Shown here: positions 13,253 through 26,877 of the stretch, one piece after another
How positions within the stretch are numbered: position 1 is the stretch's first letter
Layout of the letters: each line of letters starts with the position of its first letter
NCBI GenBank assembly: GCA_951406725.2
Contig: OX597827.1
Location: forward strand, 13,392,001-13,456,000
DNA: 64,000 nt
Direction: 5' to 3'
Source: Octopus vulgaris
Lineage: Eukaryota
The notes under the pieces: model-generated
Told to the model about the DNA's origin: nothing
Database searches by the model: none
What the model saw: only the letters and a program-made list of their open reading frames with translations
Program-made: the position numbers and the translations under genes

Positions 13253-14334
13253 GAGTGTCCAATAACACTATACTTGTTCCATGACTTCGCAGTGTTGTGT
13301 TTTCTCTTTGTTCATGTTTGGATTAATTAACTACATACATACATACATACATACATACATACATACATACATACATACATACATACATACATACATACAT
13401 ACATACATACCAGCAGAGAACCAGAAAGATTTAGGTGAGCAATCAGAAGTAAAAAAAAGACAGCACTTAAGACAGGTGGAAAGGAAAGAAGGAGCTGTTT
13501 TGCAGACCAGAAACCTAGTTCAAATCCTTGCTGTGGACAGGACCCTCTTAAGGTCACCCAAAGGTAAGGTCACATAGTAAAATAGATAAAGTTTTAAGAA
13601 GTTTTAACACTTTTGTTACCATATTTCTCTTGAAATGCACTGCTTTTGTTTCAATTAAATTTTGAGATGATAAAGAACTTATCAAAATAACTTTGTCGTT
13701 ATTAAGGTAGCGTTTGGAATATGAATTAACATGGAATTTTGACAAAAGATTTTAATTTAGATTAGTTTAAATCAAGGAATAGTTATCATTTAACTGAACA
13801 CTACCGGTTTCTTCTATCAAATATGCTCCAAAATTTCAAGAGGATCAGGTGTAGGACATATGTCCAAGAAGGACCAATGCATTTTTGAGAAGTAACACTA
13901 AACACTGGCCTTTAGTCTATGGGGTTTTATGCATACCAGCAAATCACATGTAGCTGTTGTGATCATTTGCATGTGTATGACATGCGTGAAAGGAAACATG
14001 CAGATACCCACATGCACTCACACCTATATACATGTATACACACTTATACGCACAAACTCATACACATGCAAACATGTTTATAAACACTTGCATACATAAA
14101 TACATATATACAAATTTTATGCATTTAAACAGACACATATATACCATTTTTATAATGCATATAGATATAGATATCTATATACATAGATATGATTTTTTTC
14201 TAGTTTTTGCTCATTACCTGGCATACACACATATCACATATATTAATATGTGTGCCCACGCATGTATGTGTATGTCTGTGTGTGTGTGTGTGTGTTTATG
14301 TGTATGTGTGTGTGTGTGAGTGTATATATATATG

Positions 14335-14370
<36 letters not shown>

Positions 14371-15214
14371 AATTATATAATATATGTGTGTGCATATGTA
14401 TGCACATGTAATTATAAATATACATATATTCATAATTGCATATGTATATATATACACATGCACATATCTACTCACATGGACACACAGACACACACACATA
14501 TACATAGCACTGTAAACAATATATATAAAATTGCCTGAAAATTTAATCAATGAAAGAAAAAGAAGTTTAGTGCAAAAGTTCTATCAAGCTTCATGAATTT
14601 CAATCTCATTTAGATTTCTGGAAAAGATAACTTGAGAATATTTCATTTAAAGAAAGGGTGAGAGATTCCACCAAGATCTTTTAACAATGGAAAAGCGATT
14701 TCAATGGAGATTGAAATATGAGGATAATAGATAGAAGAAGAGGGCTATATTTGGCATCTAATCCAGGCTGCTTCTTCAAAATATGGTAAATGGTAAATAA
14801 TACCAACACATGGTGTCCCGTTTGATTCCTGCAACTTTAATTCAGCTTTTTGACTTTTAGTTATTTGTATTTAATAAGGTTTTCTCTTTGATTTTTAAAA
14901 TTATCATTTTTTTTTTTCCATATATTTATTGCATGTAATAGGTGAGTGAAGTACTTGAAGTAGCTCTTCTGAAGTTTCCATTTGTTACTCTTTAATATTA
15001 ACCACATTTGATCTATCATCTATAAAATGCAGCTCACATAATCTTCACAGTGGGTAAAGTCATTTCAATTACGGTTGTAAATATTTTCCACGTTTCCCCA
15101 AACATAACTCTATCTCTTTCGTCTGCTACATTTATTTCATTTCCTCTCTAGCTTTCTCCCTTCTCTCATCTCACACACACTCTCTCTCTTTCTTTCTCTG
15201 TGTCTTTATATATG

Positions 15215-15629
15215 TATTTCTTTACTACCCACAAGGGGCTAAACATAAAAGGGACAAACAAGGACAGAGAAACGGATTAAGTCGATTATATCGACCCCAG
15301 TGCGAAACTGATATTTTATTTATCAACCCCAAAAGGATGAAAGGCAAAGTTGACCTCGGCGGAATTTGAACTCAGAATGTAACGGCAGATGAAATACCTA
15401 TTTCTTTACTACCCACAAGGGGCTAAACATAAAGGGGACAAACAAGGACAGACAAATGGATTATGACGATTATATCAACCCCAGTGCGAAACTGGTAATT
15501 TATTTATCGACCCCGAAGGGATGAAAGGCAAAGTCGACCTTGGCGGAATTTGAACTCAGAACGTAATGACAGACGAAATACCGCGAAGCATTTCACCCGG
15601 CGCGCTACCGTTTCTGCCAGCTCGCCGCC
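15215..15629 (-). mobile_element. family D SINE, tandem dimer (15215-15398 partial + 15399-15629 full)
   Basis: Head ggcggcgagctggcagaa..gagttcaaattcc, core gcctttcatcctttcggggtcgataaa (resembles a conserved SINE central domain). Confidence 0.85.
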
Positions 15630-15760
15630 CTATATATGTGTCTTTATATATGAGTGTGTGTATATCTGTGCTCTCATTATATAATTGTGTGTCATCATCA
15701 ACATCATTAGCATCATCATCCTTTAACATCATCAGCATCCATCAACATCCATTTTCCATG

Positions 15761-16200
15761 CTGTATTTGACTTTTGTTGATTTCGAGAAAGCCTTCGACA
15801 GGGTCCCCCAATCCCTTATCTGGTGGTCAATGTGGAAACTAGGGATAGATGAGTAGTTAGTGAGAGCTGTACAAGCCATGTACAGGGACTCTGTCAGTAA
15901 GGTGAGGGTTGGCAGAAACGTTAGCATGCCGTATTTCGTCTGCCGTATTTCGTCTGCCGTATTTCGTCTGCCGTTCTGAGTTCAAATTCCCCCGAGGTCG
16001 ACTTTGCCTTTCCTCCTTTCGGGGTCGATTAAATAAGTACCAGTTATGCACTGGGGTCGATATAATCGACTTAATCCGTTTGTCTGTCCTTGTTTGTCCC
16101 CTCTGTGTTTAGGCCCTTGTGGGTAGTAAAGGAATAAGTAAGGTGAGGGTTGGTAACGAGTACAGCAGAGAACTCAGGGTAGATGTAGGGGTTCACCAAG
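15761..16200 (+). pseudogene. duplicate of RTE RT segment 12979-13177, interrupted by a SINE
   Basis: Near identity to the upstream copy, including the same TAG stop. Confidence 0.85.
15913..16136 (+). mobile_element. family D SINE with 17-bp target site duplication
   Basis: TSD agtaaggtgagggttgg at 15896-15912 and 16137-16153. Internal 14-mer gccgtatttcgtct is repeated three times. Confidence 0.9.
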
Positions 16201-16976
16201 GAAAAAATGGATGGGTTGAACAGAAACAGGAACAGGCAAGGCCAAGGGCTGCACCAGGTTCCTTCATCAGTTTTGGCTTGGCTTTTAGAACAAGATGCCC
16301 TTTCTAATACCAACCACTCCACAAAGTGTACTGGATGCTTTTAATAAGGAACCATCATCAGTGCTTATTAATTGGCACCAGAACCAGAGCTTTTTACATG
16401 TCACCCTCACCCACATGAATGCTATATATAAAATCATCTTCATCATGCTGGCATGGATTGGGTGATTTGACCAGATCCAGTGATCCACACAACCGCATCA
16501 TGCTCCGTGTCAGATTTTAAATGGTTTCTGCAGTTGGATGCCCTTCCTTAATTCCAGCCACTTTACAGTATGTTCTGGGTGCTATTTTTCATACTACCAT
16601 CACTAGTGGGATAGTCAAGTAACTCACAAGACAGGAAAGAACAAGTAAAAAGTAAAATGGGAAAAGGGAAAAGCCCTCTTGATTAGATGTGGGTGGTGGA
16701 ACACTTAAAGTAGAGAGGCGATTTTATGCCAGGAACAAGCAGCAGTTGAGGTGTCTTACTATAGAGAAAATACATGGCTACTCAGCATTTCTATATAAAT
16801 ATGTATGTATAGGCATAGGAGTGGCTGTGTGGTAAATAGTTTGCTTATGAACCACATGGCTCTGGGTTCAGTCCCACTGCGTGGCACCTTGGGCAAGTGT
16901 CATCTACTTTAGCCTCAGGCTGACCAAAGCCTTCTGAGTGGATTTGGTGGACGAAAACTGAAAGAAGCCTGTCATA

Positions 16977-17012
<36 letters not shown>

Positions 17013-17015
<3 letters not shown>

Positions 17016-17288
17016 TCATCATCATCATCGTTTAGCGTCCGTTTTCCATGCTAGCATGGGTTGGACGGTTCTACTGGGGTCTGTGAAGCCAGAAAGCTTC
17101 ATCAGGCCCAGTCAAATCTGGCAGTGTTTCTACGGCTGGATGCCCTTCCTAACGCCAACCACTCCGAGAGTGTAGTGGGTGCTTTTTACGTGCCACCCGC
17201 ACAGGTGCCAGACAGAGCTGGCAAACGGCCACGAACGGATGGTGCTTTTTATGTGCCACCGGCACAAGGGCCAGGCGAGGCTGGCAAC
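17013..17288 (-). mobile_element. family B element
   Basis: Reverse complement of the 4558-4805 type, starting with (CAT)n. Confidence 0.85.
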
Positions 17289-17475
17289 ATATATATATAT
17301 ATTATATATATACTTTATTTTAAGCAGCAGAAAATTCAACAAAATCTGTTACTCTGAGTTTCTGCTTAAAATAAAGCATATTACTCTACCACTGGTATTT
17401 GAGTACTCTTTTTTCCACCTTGTTTCACATTTATGTGTTTACTCCGGTATATTATATATATATATATATATATAA

Positions 17476-18193
17476 TTTTACCCCCATACCTTCGTGGGTT
17501 ATTTTGAGTAAACACTATCTGAGAGAAATTTTCTTTAAGTATTAGAAATGGCTAAAAAAATTTTTTTTGGATGCTATTTCTAATGAGTTCAGTATGTGGC
17601 AAAGTAATTTATTTTACTAAGCCCTTTATAAAATGTAATATTTTGAATTCGCCTTAAATGGTCCCTTTACATACTGAATACTTGGTGAAATTGATTAATA
17701 ATTAATTAATTTTACCCTCAATTGTTGAAATTATAATTCATTTCTCTCTGTTTAATGCTTCGGTTTTCACCGATAAAACATGGTGTTTGCTAGTTTAGCC
17801 CACGTGGGTGGAAGGGGAGGGCAGAAATTCTTCGCTTGCATATTTTGAATTTGTTGGCACTGTTAGTTTGAACAGATCTTCGGAGGTGAAAAGTCGCCAA
17901 AAGGGTATGCTCCTACTTTCAGTGTTTACAAATCCGAATTAAGAAATTTTGAGCTGACGAAAGAAATGTCGAATTGTATTTGGCTGATCTAGAAACGTAC
18001 GTTCTCAAATAATCTTTGCACTTGTGATTTTTTAATGTTTTTACCCCCATACCTTCGTGGGTTATTTTGAGTAAACACTATCTGAGAGAAATTTTCTTTA
18101 AGTATTAGAAATGGCTAAAAAAATTTTTTTTGGCTGCTATTTCTATTGAGTTCAGTATGTGGCAAAGTAATTTATTTTACTAAGCCCTTTATA
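17476..18193 (+). mobile_element. TA-flanked element with 155-bp direct terminal repeats and a hammerhead (retrozyme/pLTR-like)
   Basis: Direct repeats 17476-17630 and 18039-18193. No ORF. Confidence 0.8.
17948..18009 (+). ncRNA. type I hammerhead ribozyme motif
   Basis: tttgag CTGACGA a-aga...tct-a GAAA cgtacg TT ctcaaa, with palindromic stem III. Confidence 0.7.
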
Positions 18194-18194
18194 T

Positions 18195-18307
<113 letters not shown>

Positions 18308-19914
18308 CTGTGTGTGTGTGTGTGTGTTTGAGTCTGTGTTTATGTCCCCGTAACTTAGCAGTTCTGCAAAAGAGACAGATAGAATAATTACTAGGCTTAC
18401 AAAGAATAAGTCCTGGGGTCGATTTGCTCGACTAAAGGAGGTGCTCCAGCATGGCCACAGTCAAATGACTGAAACAAGTAAAAGAGTAAAAGAGTATATA
18501 GATAATAAATCAAATAGTTTATACCTGGTAGCTTACTGGTAAAGCACAGTCACTTTCACAGTGTTTGTTATGTATATGGTAAATGAAAGATCTCTCATGG
18601 GTGGGATACTTTACAGCTGTTTCAGGAGCATTTGACAGTACAGATGTGTCGTTTCGGGTGATAAATAGATGTAACTCATTAAAATAACAGTTCTGCATTG
18701 TATCTTCTCATTTCATGTAAAGAAAAGCAGCAACTTAAAGGACATATCTTCATTTATATAGAAGGAGGGGGATGCGGAGGTGGGTGGAGCAGGGAGAAGG
18801 TGAGGAGGGGAAGGGGGAGGGGAGGGAGGGAGGGAGGGAGGGAGGAGGAAGAGGAGGAGGAGGAGGATATGTATCTGGGACTATGTTGTATGCCTTGCAT
18901 TCTTAAAACTGTGAGGTGCGATTAGAGAAAGATTTGGTTTTCCATCTCAGAATTTCAAGCAACTATGTAGAGGTCGCTACCTTTTTTTTAAATCTTTTTA
19001 TTCATTTAGCAGCATACCCTATAAGTTTGTGGAACAGACTGATTTTTTCAAAATTTACAAAATGCATACATTTTAAATCTCACAGAGCCTTACTTCATTT
19101 TTTTTTTCACCTTTTGCAGGTAATAACGTAAAGCAGCAGTCAAGTACAAAGAGCCAGTCTTTCTAATAATAATAATAATAATAATAAAAACACGTTTTAA
19201 ACGAAACAATATGGGTTGTATCGTTATTCATAACTTTGTTGAAATATATGTCTTGCGTTAGTTTTAGAGTTAAAGACAGAATTATGAATCATCAATACAA
19301 ACGTTTCTGTATGCTTTCAGCTTTCTTTATCTAAAAAACATCTGATAAATTAGCAAAATTTACAACTCTAACACTTGTTTCAAATCGACTTTGAATCTAC
19401 ATTCTCTTTACTATCTCTTAAAAATCTACACTGAAACCTAACAGGTTTTTGTGACTTTTTTTTTGTGTTGTGTGTTTAACTTTTATATAGATGTACTTCT
19501 GTTACGTGTGAAGAAACAGTTCTTGTTCTTAAATCCCAGTAGAAAATAATAAATAATAAATCTAATATAATATTTTTCCCTCAACATATTTTCTTCTATT
19601 CTGTAGCAAACAGATAAGACAGCAAATTATGCATCACAAATTGACAAGACAAATTCAATAATCATTTGCTCTTTTGGAAGAACACAGCAGAAATATATAG
19701 AAACGAAGTAAAACAAAGATAGCAATACAAAATAAAATTTTCCAAAAATTAATTAGTTGCTTAAGTTGTCACTGATATTTAGAACAGTATATAGAGTTTT
19801 GTCTATTAACAAAAGTAGCAGGAATTTTTAGAATTTTCTATGAAAAATGAACATTGTATGTGGTGTTTGGTGGAAAGTTCAATCCATTTTTGGTAAAAGT
19901 CTCTTGTTATGACT

Positions 19915-20069
19915 AGGCACAGGCATGGTTGTGGGGTTAACAAAGCACATTTGCAACCACATGATTTCAGGTTCAGTCCCACTGTGTGGCATTTTGAGTG
20001 TTCTCTATAGCCCCAGGCTGACTAATGCCTTGTGAGTGAATTTGATTGACAGAAACTTTGCGGAAGCTT

Positions 20070-20113
<44 letters not shown>

Positions 20114-20121
20114 TGTGTGTG

Positions 20122-20212
<91 letters not shown>

Positions 20213-20316
20213 AAGTGTGTGTGTGTAAGTGTGTGTGTGTGTAAGTGTGTGTGTGTGAGTGTGTGTGTTTGTGTGTGTGTGTGTGTAAGTGTGTGTTTGT
20301 GTGTGTTTGTGTGTGT

Positions 20317-20371
<55 letters not shown>

Positions 20372-20580
20372 AGTGTGTGTAAGTGCATGTTTGTCTTCAC
20401 CACCTCTTGACAACTGGTTTGCTTGTTTATGTCTCTCTAACTTAGCTGTTCAGCAAAAATGACCAATAACATACCAATTTTTTAAAAGATTGGTACTTAC
20501 TCAATTGGTTTGAATAAGCTCTTCAAGGTGGTGCTCCAGCATGGCCACAGTCCAGTGACTGAAACAAGTAAAAGATAAGA
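19915..20580 (+). mobile_element. diverged family A SINE with expanded (TG)n
   Basis: Head ggttcagtcccactgtgtggc, (TG)n at 20072-20390, tail ggtgctccagcatggccacagtccagtgactgaaacaag. Confidence 0.75.
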
Positions 20581-20849
20581 AGTATATACATACAAGAAAA
20601 TGAAGAGAATCTTTATATGAAAGAATTACCATTATTACACAACGTGGTTATTAATATCTTTTTCTGTCCATGCAACTATGCTTCACATTTGCAGATTACA
20701 CAACAATACATGATCTGAGCAAACACTTTTGTCATAGTTCAATCTGCTAGAAATAGAAACTAAATGTCCTTACACCAAGCTTTCTCACACCAGATACACT
20801 AGATAGCTGCAGCACCCCAATGACCCCCAAAGGGTTACGGGACTTGTCA

Positions 20850-21130
20850 AATGTCAATATTCTTCTTGCAACAAATTGATATATGTGTCCCCTCATTCTA
20901 CCTTTTCTACTACTACTACAGTGGTCTCTGTTCCTCAGAGCCAACTGGCTGGCCTCATACTTGCTCTCACAAGCTTTACATGTCCCTTTCTGTTGCTACC
21001 CATGTTATGTATCTTTCTATCACAGATTTACCTTTTGTATTAAACATTATGCCCAGTTCACCTTTGACAGAATAACATCAGTTCTCTAGAATTCACACTC
21101 GGCCCTTGTTTTTCCTGTTGAAGAACATCA
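20850..21130 (+). pseudogene. possible LINE ORF2 C-terminal relic
   Basis: LFYYYYSGLCSSE resembles the LFYRYY.G.CS.EL motif at the end of some Jockey/CR1-group ORF2s. Heavily decayed. Confidence 0.4.
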
Positions 21131-22230
21131 CCAATATTGATTTTACTTGTATCAGTTGTGTTGTTGTGTACATTTTCGTCAAACACTTTGAGGACAAATG
21201 CGTGAGAAGTATAGTTCCAAAACCCCATTGGTAGACACAGAAGTATTCATGACATCCAAGCTGTAGTGATCTTTATATAATCTATAAACGATTCTAAATA
21301 GCAATTTATGCAATGAAAAATATTTGCCTGCAGCTATGCTTTGATGAAATATTAAAGTGTTCAGAAAGTAATATGAAAACCTTACAACTATATTGACTCC
21401 ATCTAAATATGGTAGGCCTAAATGAAAGTCACAATATGAAGAAAGCTATTATATGGTGTTACAACAATTGGCCTTAAAACATTCTGAACAAGGAAGACAC
21501 CACTAAAATATTGCCTTCCTTGAGAAATACATAAATGAGAAGCTTTCATCTAACTGTTGTTGTTGTTGCTGTTGTTGTTGTTGTTGCTGTTGTTGTAATT
21601 TCTGTTGTTGCTACTGTTGTAGAAGTTGTTGTTGAAGTTGTCGTTGTTCTCACTGTCATTAGCTTTAGGTCAACCTCGATCAAGAAAACTGAAGATCAGA
21701 GGTATTTCAGCTGTGTGAGCATCCCACATTTTCAGGCTATTTGGGATTAAAACCTGCTTTTATTTATTTATTTATTAATTATTTATTTACTAATTTATCT
21801 ATTTATTTATTCTGAGATAGTAAGATGTGCTTTGAAAGAGATTTGGTTGCTATTTCTAGCAAGTTGTACGATTGCCTGGAGATCTTGCTGGAGGCTCATT
21901 TCATCCAGTCGCATACAGGAGTTAGATACAAAAGCTAAGTAACTTACTTTAAATCTATTGTTGGAAAGATAGAAATAATCTTCCATGAGTGACATCAACC
22001 ACAGCCAATGAGATTGAAACTTACCAAATTCACAGATAAAAGGAAATTTCAGTTCTTTGTCTTTTATTTTCTACATTTTTTTAGTCATTGGACATTTGGT
22101 CAAACAGATCAATTCCAGTACCTTACATTTTGAAGCATTTTTACAGGGATATAAACAAACCAACACTGGTTGATGAGTGGTCAGAAGGACAAATGCAAAA
22201 CACTATCCATACATAAATATATACATGCAC

Positions 22231-22274
<44 letters not shown>

Positions 22275-22581
22275 CAGACGTTAAACGATGATGATGATGA
22301 TGATATATATAGATAGATATATTTATATATACCAAATATATACGTTATATTTATTATTTTGCAGATTACTTAATTATCGTTATATGTTTTATCTTATATT
22401 TAATCTTTCTATAATATGTAACTTTCTAGATGGTATAATTTAATTTTTCATCATTGAATTGATAAAAGGTGTTTTTGTTCTAATTTATATATATATATAT
22501 ATTATATTTTGTGAAATTTGATTGAGTATTTCTAAATTGAATTTTTCCCTGTAAGTTTGGAATAATATTCCCTCATATTTA

Positions 22582-22623
<42 letters not shown>

Positions 22624-22833
22624 GATGTGTGAATTTTTCCCCTTGTTAACAATTAACATGGAAAAAAATAGATAAATAGTTACCAGGATAGCAAAGAGTC
22701 ACACAAGTAAAAAGGTTGTAACTCTTTGTTTTTAAAGGTAGAAACTTCGGGTTTACATGAAATTTTTTGTATAATATGTGTCGGAAGTAAAAGAACTTGA
22801 TTTACACCTGTGTTAAACTCCATCTATTTATTT

Positions 22834-22889
<56 letters not shown>

Positions 22890-22892
<3 letters not shown>

Positions 22893-23054
22893 ACGGGCTT
22901 CTTTTCAGTTTCTGTCTACCAAATCCACTCACAAGGCTTTGGTCGGCCCGAGGTTATAGTAGAAGACACTTGCCCAAGGTGTCACGCAATGGAACTGAAC
23001 CCGGAACCATGTGGTTCGTAAGCAAGCTACTTACCACACAGCCACTCCTACGCC
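22890..23054 (-). mobile_element. family A SINE 5' half
   Basis: Matches the head through the gaaagaagcccg segment. Confidence 0.85.
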
Positions 23055-23339
23055 TATTGCTCATTATTCTCAAAATGTTTTGCAGCAAAGACTGAATTTC
23101 AGTAAAAATATGGTAAAACATGGGCTAAATTAACAAATGAACAAACAATACTAGTATGGTAGATTTAATCATCTATTTAGTTTTAATTGTCAAGGGTAGT
23201 TCAGTACCCGTGATCCTTTTGAGGGTCTCTATGACAGTTGACCCTTAAAGATCTTGAGAAAGTTATACTAAGCCTAGTGATCTAATATACATGCTTGCAA
23301 CAAGATGGGCCTCTGTTCTATATTTTTGAGATGAGAAAA

Positions 23340-23657
23340 TCAGTACATTATTTACATTATTTACATTGGATGGATATGATAAACTTAAATGATCACCCAT
23401 GTCTTCAATGAGGCCCATCCTTATTTATATTATTTACACTGGACGCATGTGCCCTCATCTTGCTTGTTGTCACCACAATGTTTCAGCTAATTTACTCTCC
23501 AGCCTTCATCAGGTGTCCTAATAGAATTTTGGAAGGATACAAAAATATTAGGTTTATAAAATTCACACTATAATTGCCCATGAGCATACAACGTAATGGT
23601 TAAGAGCACGGGCTACTAACCCCAAGATTGTGAGCTCAATTCCAGGCAGTGCTTTGA

Positions 23658-23719
<62 letters not shown>

Positions 23720-23950
23720 TAATAATAATAATAATAATAATAACAGCATCAGTAAAAATATACCTTAGGAATGAGAACCCAAGGTTGGGTTCAGAATTCT
23801 ACTAGAACACCTGATGAAGGCTGGAGAGTAAATCAGCCGAAATGTTGTGGTGACAATAAACAACATGAGGACACATATATGTCCAGTGTAAATAATATAA
23901 ATAAGGATGGGTCTCATTGAAGACATGGGTGATCATTTAAGTTTACCATA
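23340..23950 (+). mobile_element. tRNA-headed, hammerhead-bearing SINE-like element with inverted 3' end copy
   Basis: tRNA-like head about 23583-23653, (AAT)n, hammerhead 23807-23850. Inverted repeat about 23378-23530 / 23793-23946. Confidence 0.75.
23807..23850 (+). ncRNA. minimal type I hammerhead motif
   Basis: acac CTGATGA a ggctg-gagagtaaat-cagcc GAAA tg TT gtg. A mirror copy is at about 23471-23516 on the minus strand. Confidence 0.75.
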
Positions 23951-25838
23951 TAAGAATACCATATATATAGTACCATATATATAGGTGTTCAGCTTTTTTT
24001 GATTCTGAGAAGTAAAATGAATTGATGATGTGATGTTAATTTCTTTTTTAATGATTCAACATCATAAATGGAACAAAACGAATGCTGTTAGGAACTAAAA
24101 TAATGCTTCAGACTTTGTTTCACCAAAAGGTAAGAACATTTAAAATCATGCCTTTAAAATTTTCTCAGCTCTTAACACAATGCAAATGTAAATATGTGAG
24201 AATATAGCTTCTTCATAATGGCCCTCCAATTAATGTATCAAGTAAAAGATAGATGTTGTATATTTTGTTACATATGAAATAGTCTTTGCACTCTTAGCTA
24301 GTTATTGTGTTAACCCACCTCACACAGGTGAGCTCTATTTGAATAAACATATAATCGAAGGCTTTGACCATCTTTATTTTTAGGATTATCTAGGGCTACA
24401 TTGTCAAATAAAGACAGTCCTTGATGGCCCTTTAAAACAGTAAGGGTGAGATTTGAAGAATTTTTAAAACACATAGTGTCTCCTAGTTGACAGTTAAGAT
24501 AACGGAAATAATCATTTCTTTATGATATTCAGCAGGATCAGAATTTTGAATTTGAAATTAAGGAACAGAGTACACACATTTAATTTCTTTTGCATACTTA
24601 TTATGAAGGTTTTAAAATTTCTAGTCAGTGGTAATCATGTATAACACTATTTCATTCTTTTTAGAAATTGTCAACATGATATAACCTGAGGTATATTAAT
24701 TAAATATTTTATGAAGCGAGACATTTCTTATAGATAGAAAATAATTACATTGTGAAAGAAATTCATAGAATATGTGTTTTTCTTGTTTTTATTTTTAGCA
24801 AGTCAAGCAATCATATGAAGGTCTATTCTCTCTCATAGTCTCTGAAAGGGGTAGATAGATACCATGAGAAATATTCTTAACTGCAGCAACAAATCTAATC
24901 TCAACTATTTGTTTTTCATATTAATAGTCATAAATTTAATTTTATTTCCTATTGTTCTCTTTCTTTTACAATCATTGAGTGTATTCATAATTCTAATGAT
25001 TTTAGAAAAGAAATGCCTATATTCTCTATGCTATTTCTACATCCATTTTTCTTTTCTTTTTCTCTGTATACTTTATGTCAGATATTGGAAAAAACAGAGA
25101 CTGAACACATTTATTACTTATATTTTGTCATTGGCTGCTAACAAACTGTTTTGCATTGTCACTCTAAATTTGAAAATCAGTTTTATTTTTTGGCTTCTTT
25201 TTTTGCTAAGAAGTCTTAGCAGAATATATATTTTTTCTCCATTTTTTTAGTTTTTTTTCATGTAAATGACTTTATAGGTTACAACAAAAGATTTCTTTCT
25301 TTCTCTTTCTCTTTGTCTGTTACTCCCCAAAGACATTTCCATCTAGACAGATATTTAATAATACACTGGTTTATTCTTACAATATATATTCAATAAGATT
25401 AATCTAGCTAACGGTATAAACAGGCTGTTTTATTTTACAACAAATATTTTGCAATGTTGCTGTAAGTAAATTATGCTCTGAAGTGTACTAGAGGAGTACT
25501 GAACCAATGTGTGCTGAACATATAATAAGATAAATGAGAACATTGTTTTATGAAATAAATACCATATGTTTAACTATGTTTATAAACAGTGGCAGTAAAT
25601 GTAAATTATATAGAAAGAGTGTAGATGTGTATTAGGAATAAATATTGAATATATTGTGCTCCCAGATATATTATAAACACAGCAAACACTGTAGGTTCAA
25701 TTTATTGCTATAACTGAGAATTATTCTGCTTTCATGGCATCTATTTACGACCAACTGGACTGAGCCTCATAGCAATATACACTCTAACTATCTTTCGGCT
25801 TCTATCTTTACTTTAACATTTACTCCTTTATATATATA

Positions 25839-26140
25839 TACAAAATTTAGAGGACTGACCACTAAAAGTGGGCAGTCTGAATGCTAGATATAGATGTCAA
25901 ATCGCCATTTTCCACAAAGAATGTGTTCTCAAGAAAAATCGCAGCAAAGTTTTTTCTTGAGAACACATTCTTCGCGGGAAATGGCGATTTGACATCTATA
26001 TCTAGCATACAGGCTGTCCACTTTTAATGGTCAGTCCTCCAAATTTTGTATGTAAAAAAATTCTAATCTTCGGATTTTTTTAAATATGCTAGGCCACTGG
26101 TTTTAATTGAGTAATATTAATTTCTACCCTTATTTAATTT

Positions 26141-26145
<5 letters not shown>
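25839..26145 (+). mobile_element. TA-flanked foldback element
   Basis: 100-bp arms 25839-25938 / 25951-26050. Tail atgctaggccactgg...cccttattt. Confidence 0.75.
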
Positions 26146-26195
<50 letters not shown>

Positions 26196-26877
26196 AATTC
26201 AAATAAAGGAACAATAAAAGACAAAAAAAGGAATGTATTAGTTGGAAGCTCAGTAAAAAGAGAGTTTTTGATATTTCGAGCATAACTCTCTCTTCATATG
26301 ATGGCAATCAATTAGTAGAATCATTAGAGAGTTAGATAGAAAGCCTTGTAGCATTCATTTCAATTCTTTGTCCTCTAAGTTCAGATCCATTTGTGGTCAG
26401 TTTTACCTTATTCTTTTTTTGGTGGTGGGAGGGGTGATAAAAAAACAGAACTAATCCAGGACAGCCTCGCCTGGCACCTGTGCCAGTGGCACGTAAAATG
26501 CACCCACTGCACTCATGGAGTGGTTGGCGTTAGGAAGGGCATCTAGCCGTAGAAACATTGCCAGATCAGACTGGGCCTGGTGCAGCCTTCTGGCTTCCCA
26601 GACACCAGAATGCTTGAATATCAAATGAGTTACCTTTTGATATCTATTCCAGCCCTTTGTATTATGAAAGCAATTCTTGTGACAAGACTGATGCTGAGTT
26701 GTATCAGCCATAAAGTGGCAGCTTTTCCCTTGGACAAAATTGGTGGCCTGGAGAGAGAAAAGACTAGCAGACATGGGCAGCTGCTAAACTTCCACAGGGC
26801 TGGTAACAGAAAGGGCATCCAACCCTAAAACACATGCCAAAAACAGAATGTACAAGTCAGACAAATTTCCCGATCAA

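Noticed and set aside
13413-13563. Purine-rich open frame ending at aag|gtaagg
   Set aside because: No polypyrimidine acceptor and no recognisable domain.
23583-23653. Functional tRNA gene (also 38799-38870 and SINE heads)
   Set aside because: Acceptor and T stems are degenerate and each is fused to a repeat body.
24864-25250. 128-aa hydrophobic ORF
   Set aside because: Composition is explained by T-rich DNA, with no motif or splice support.
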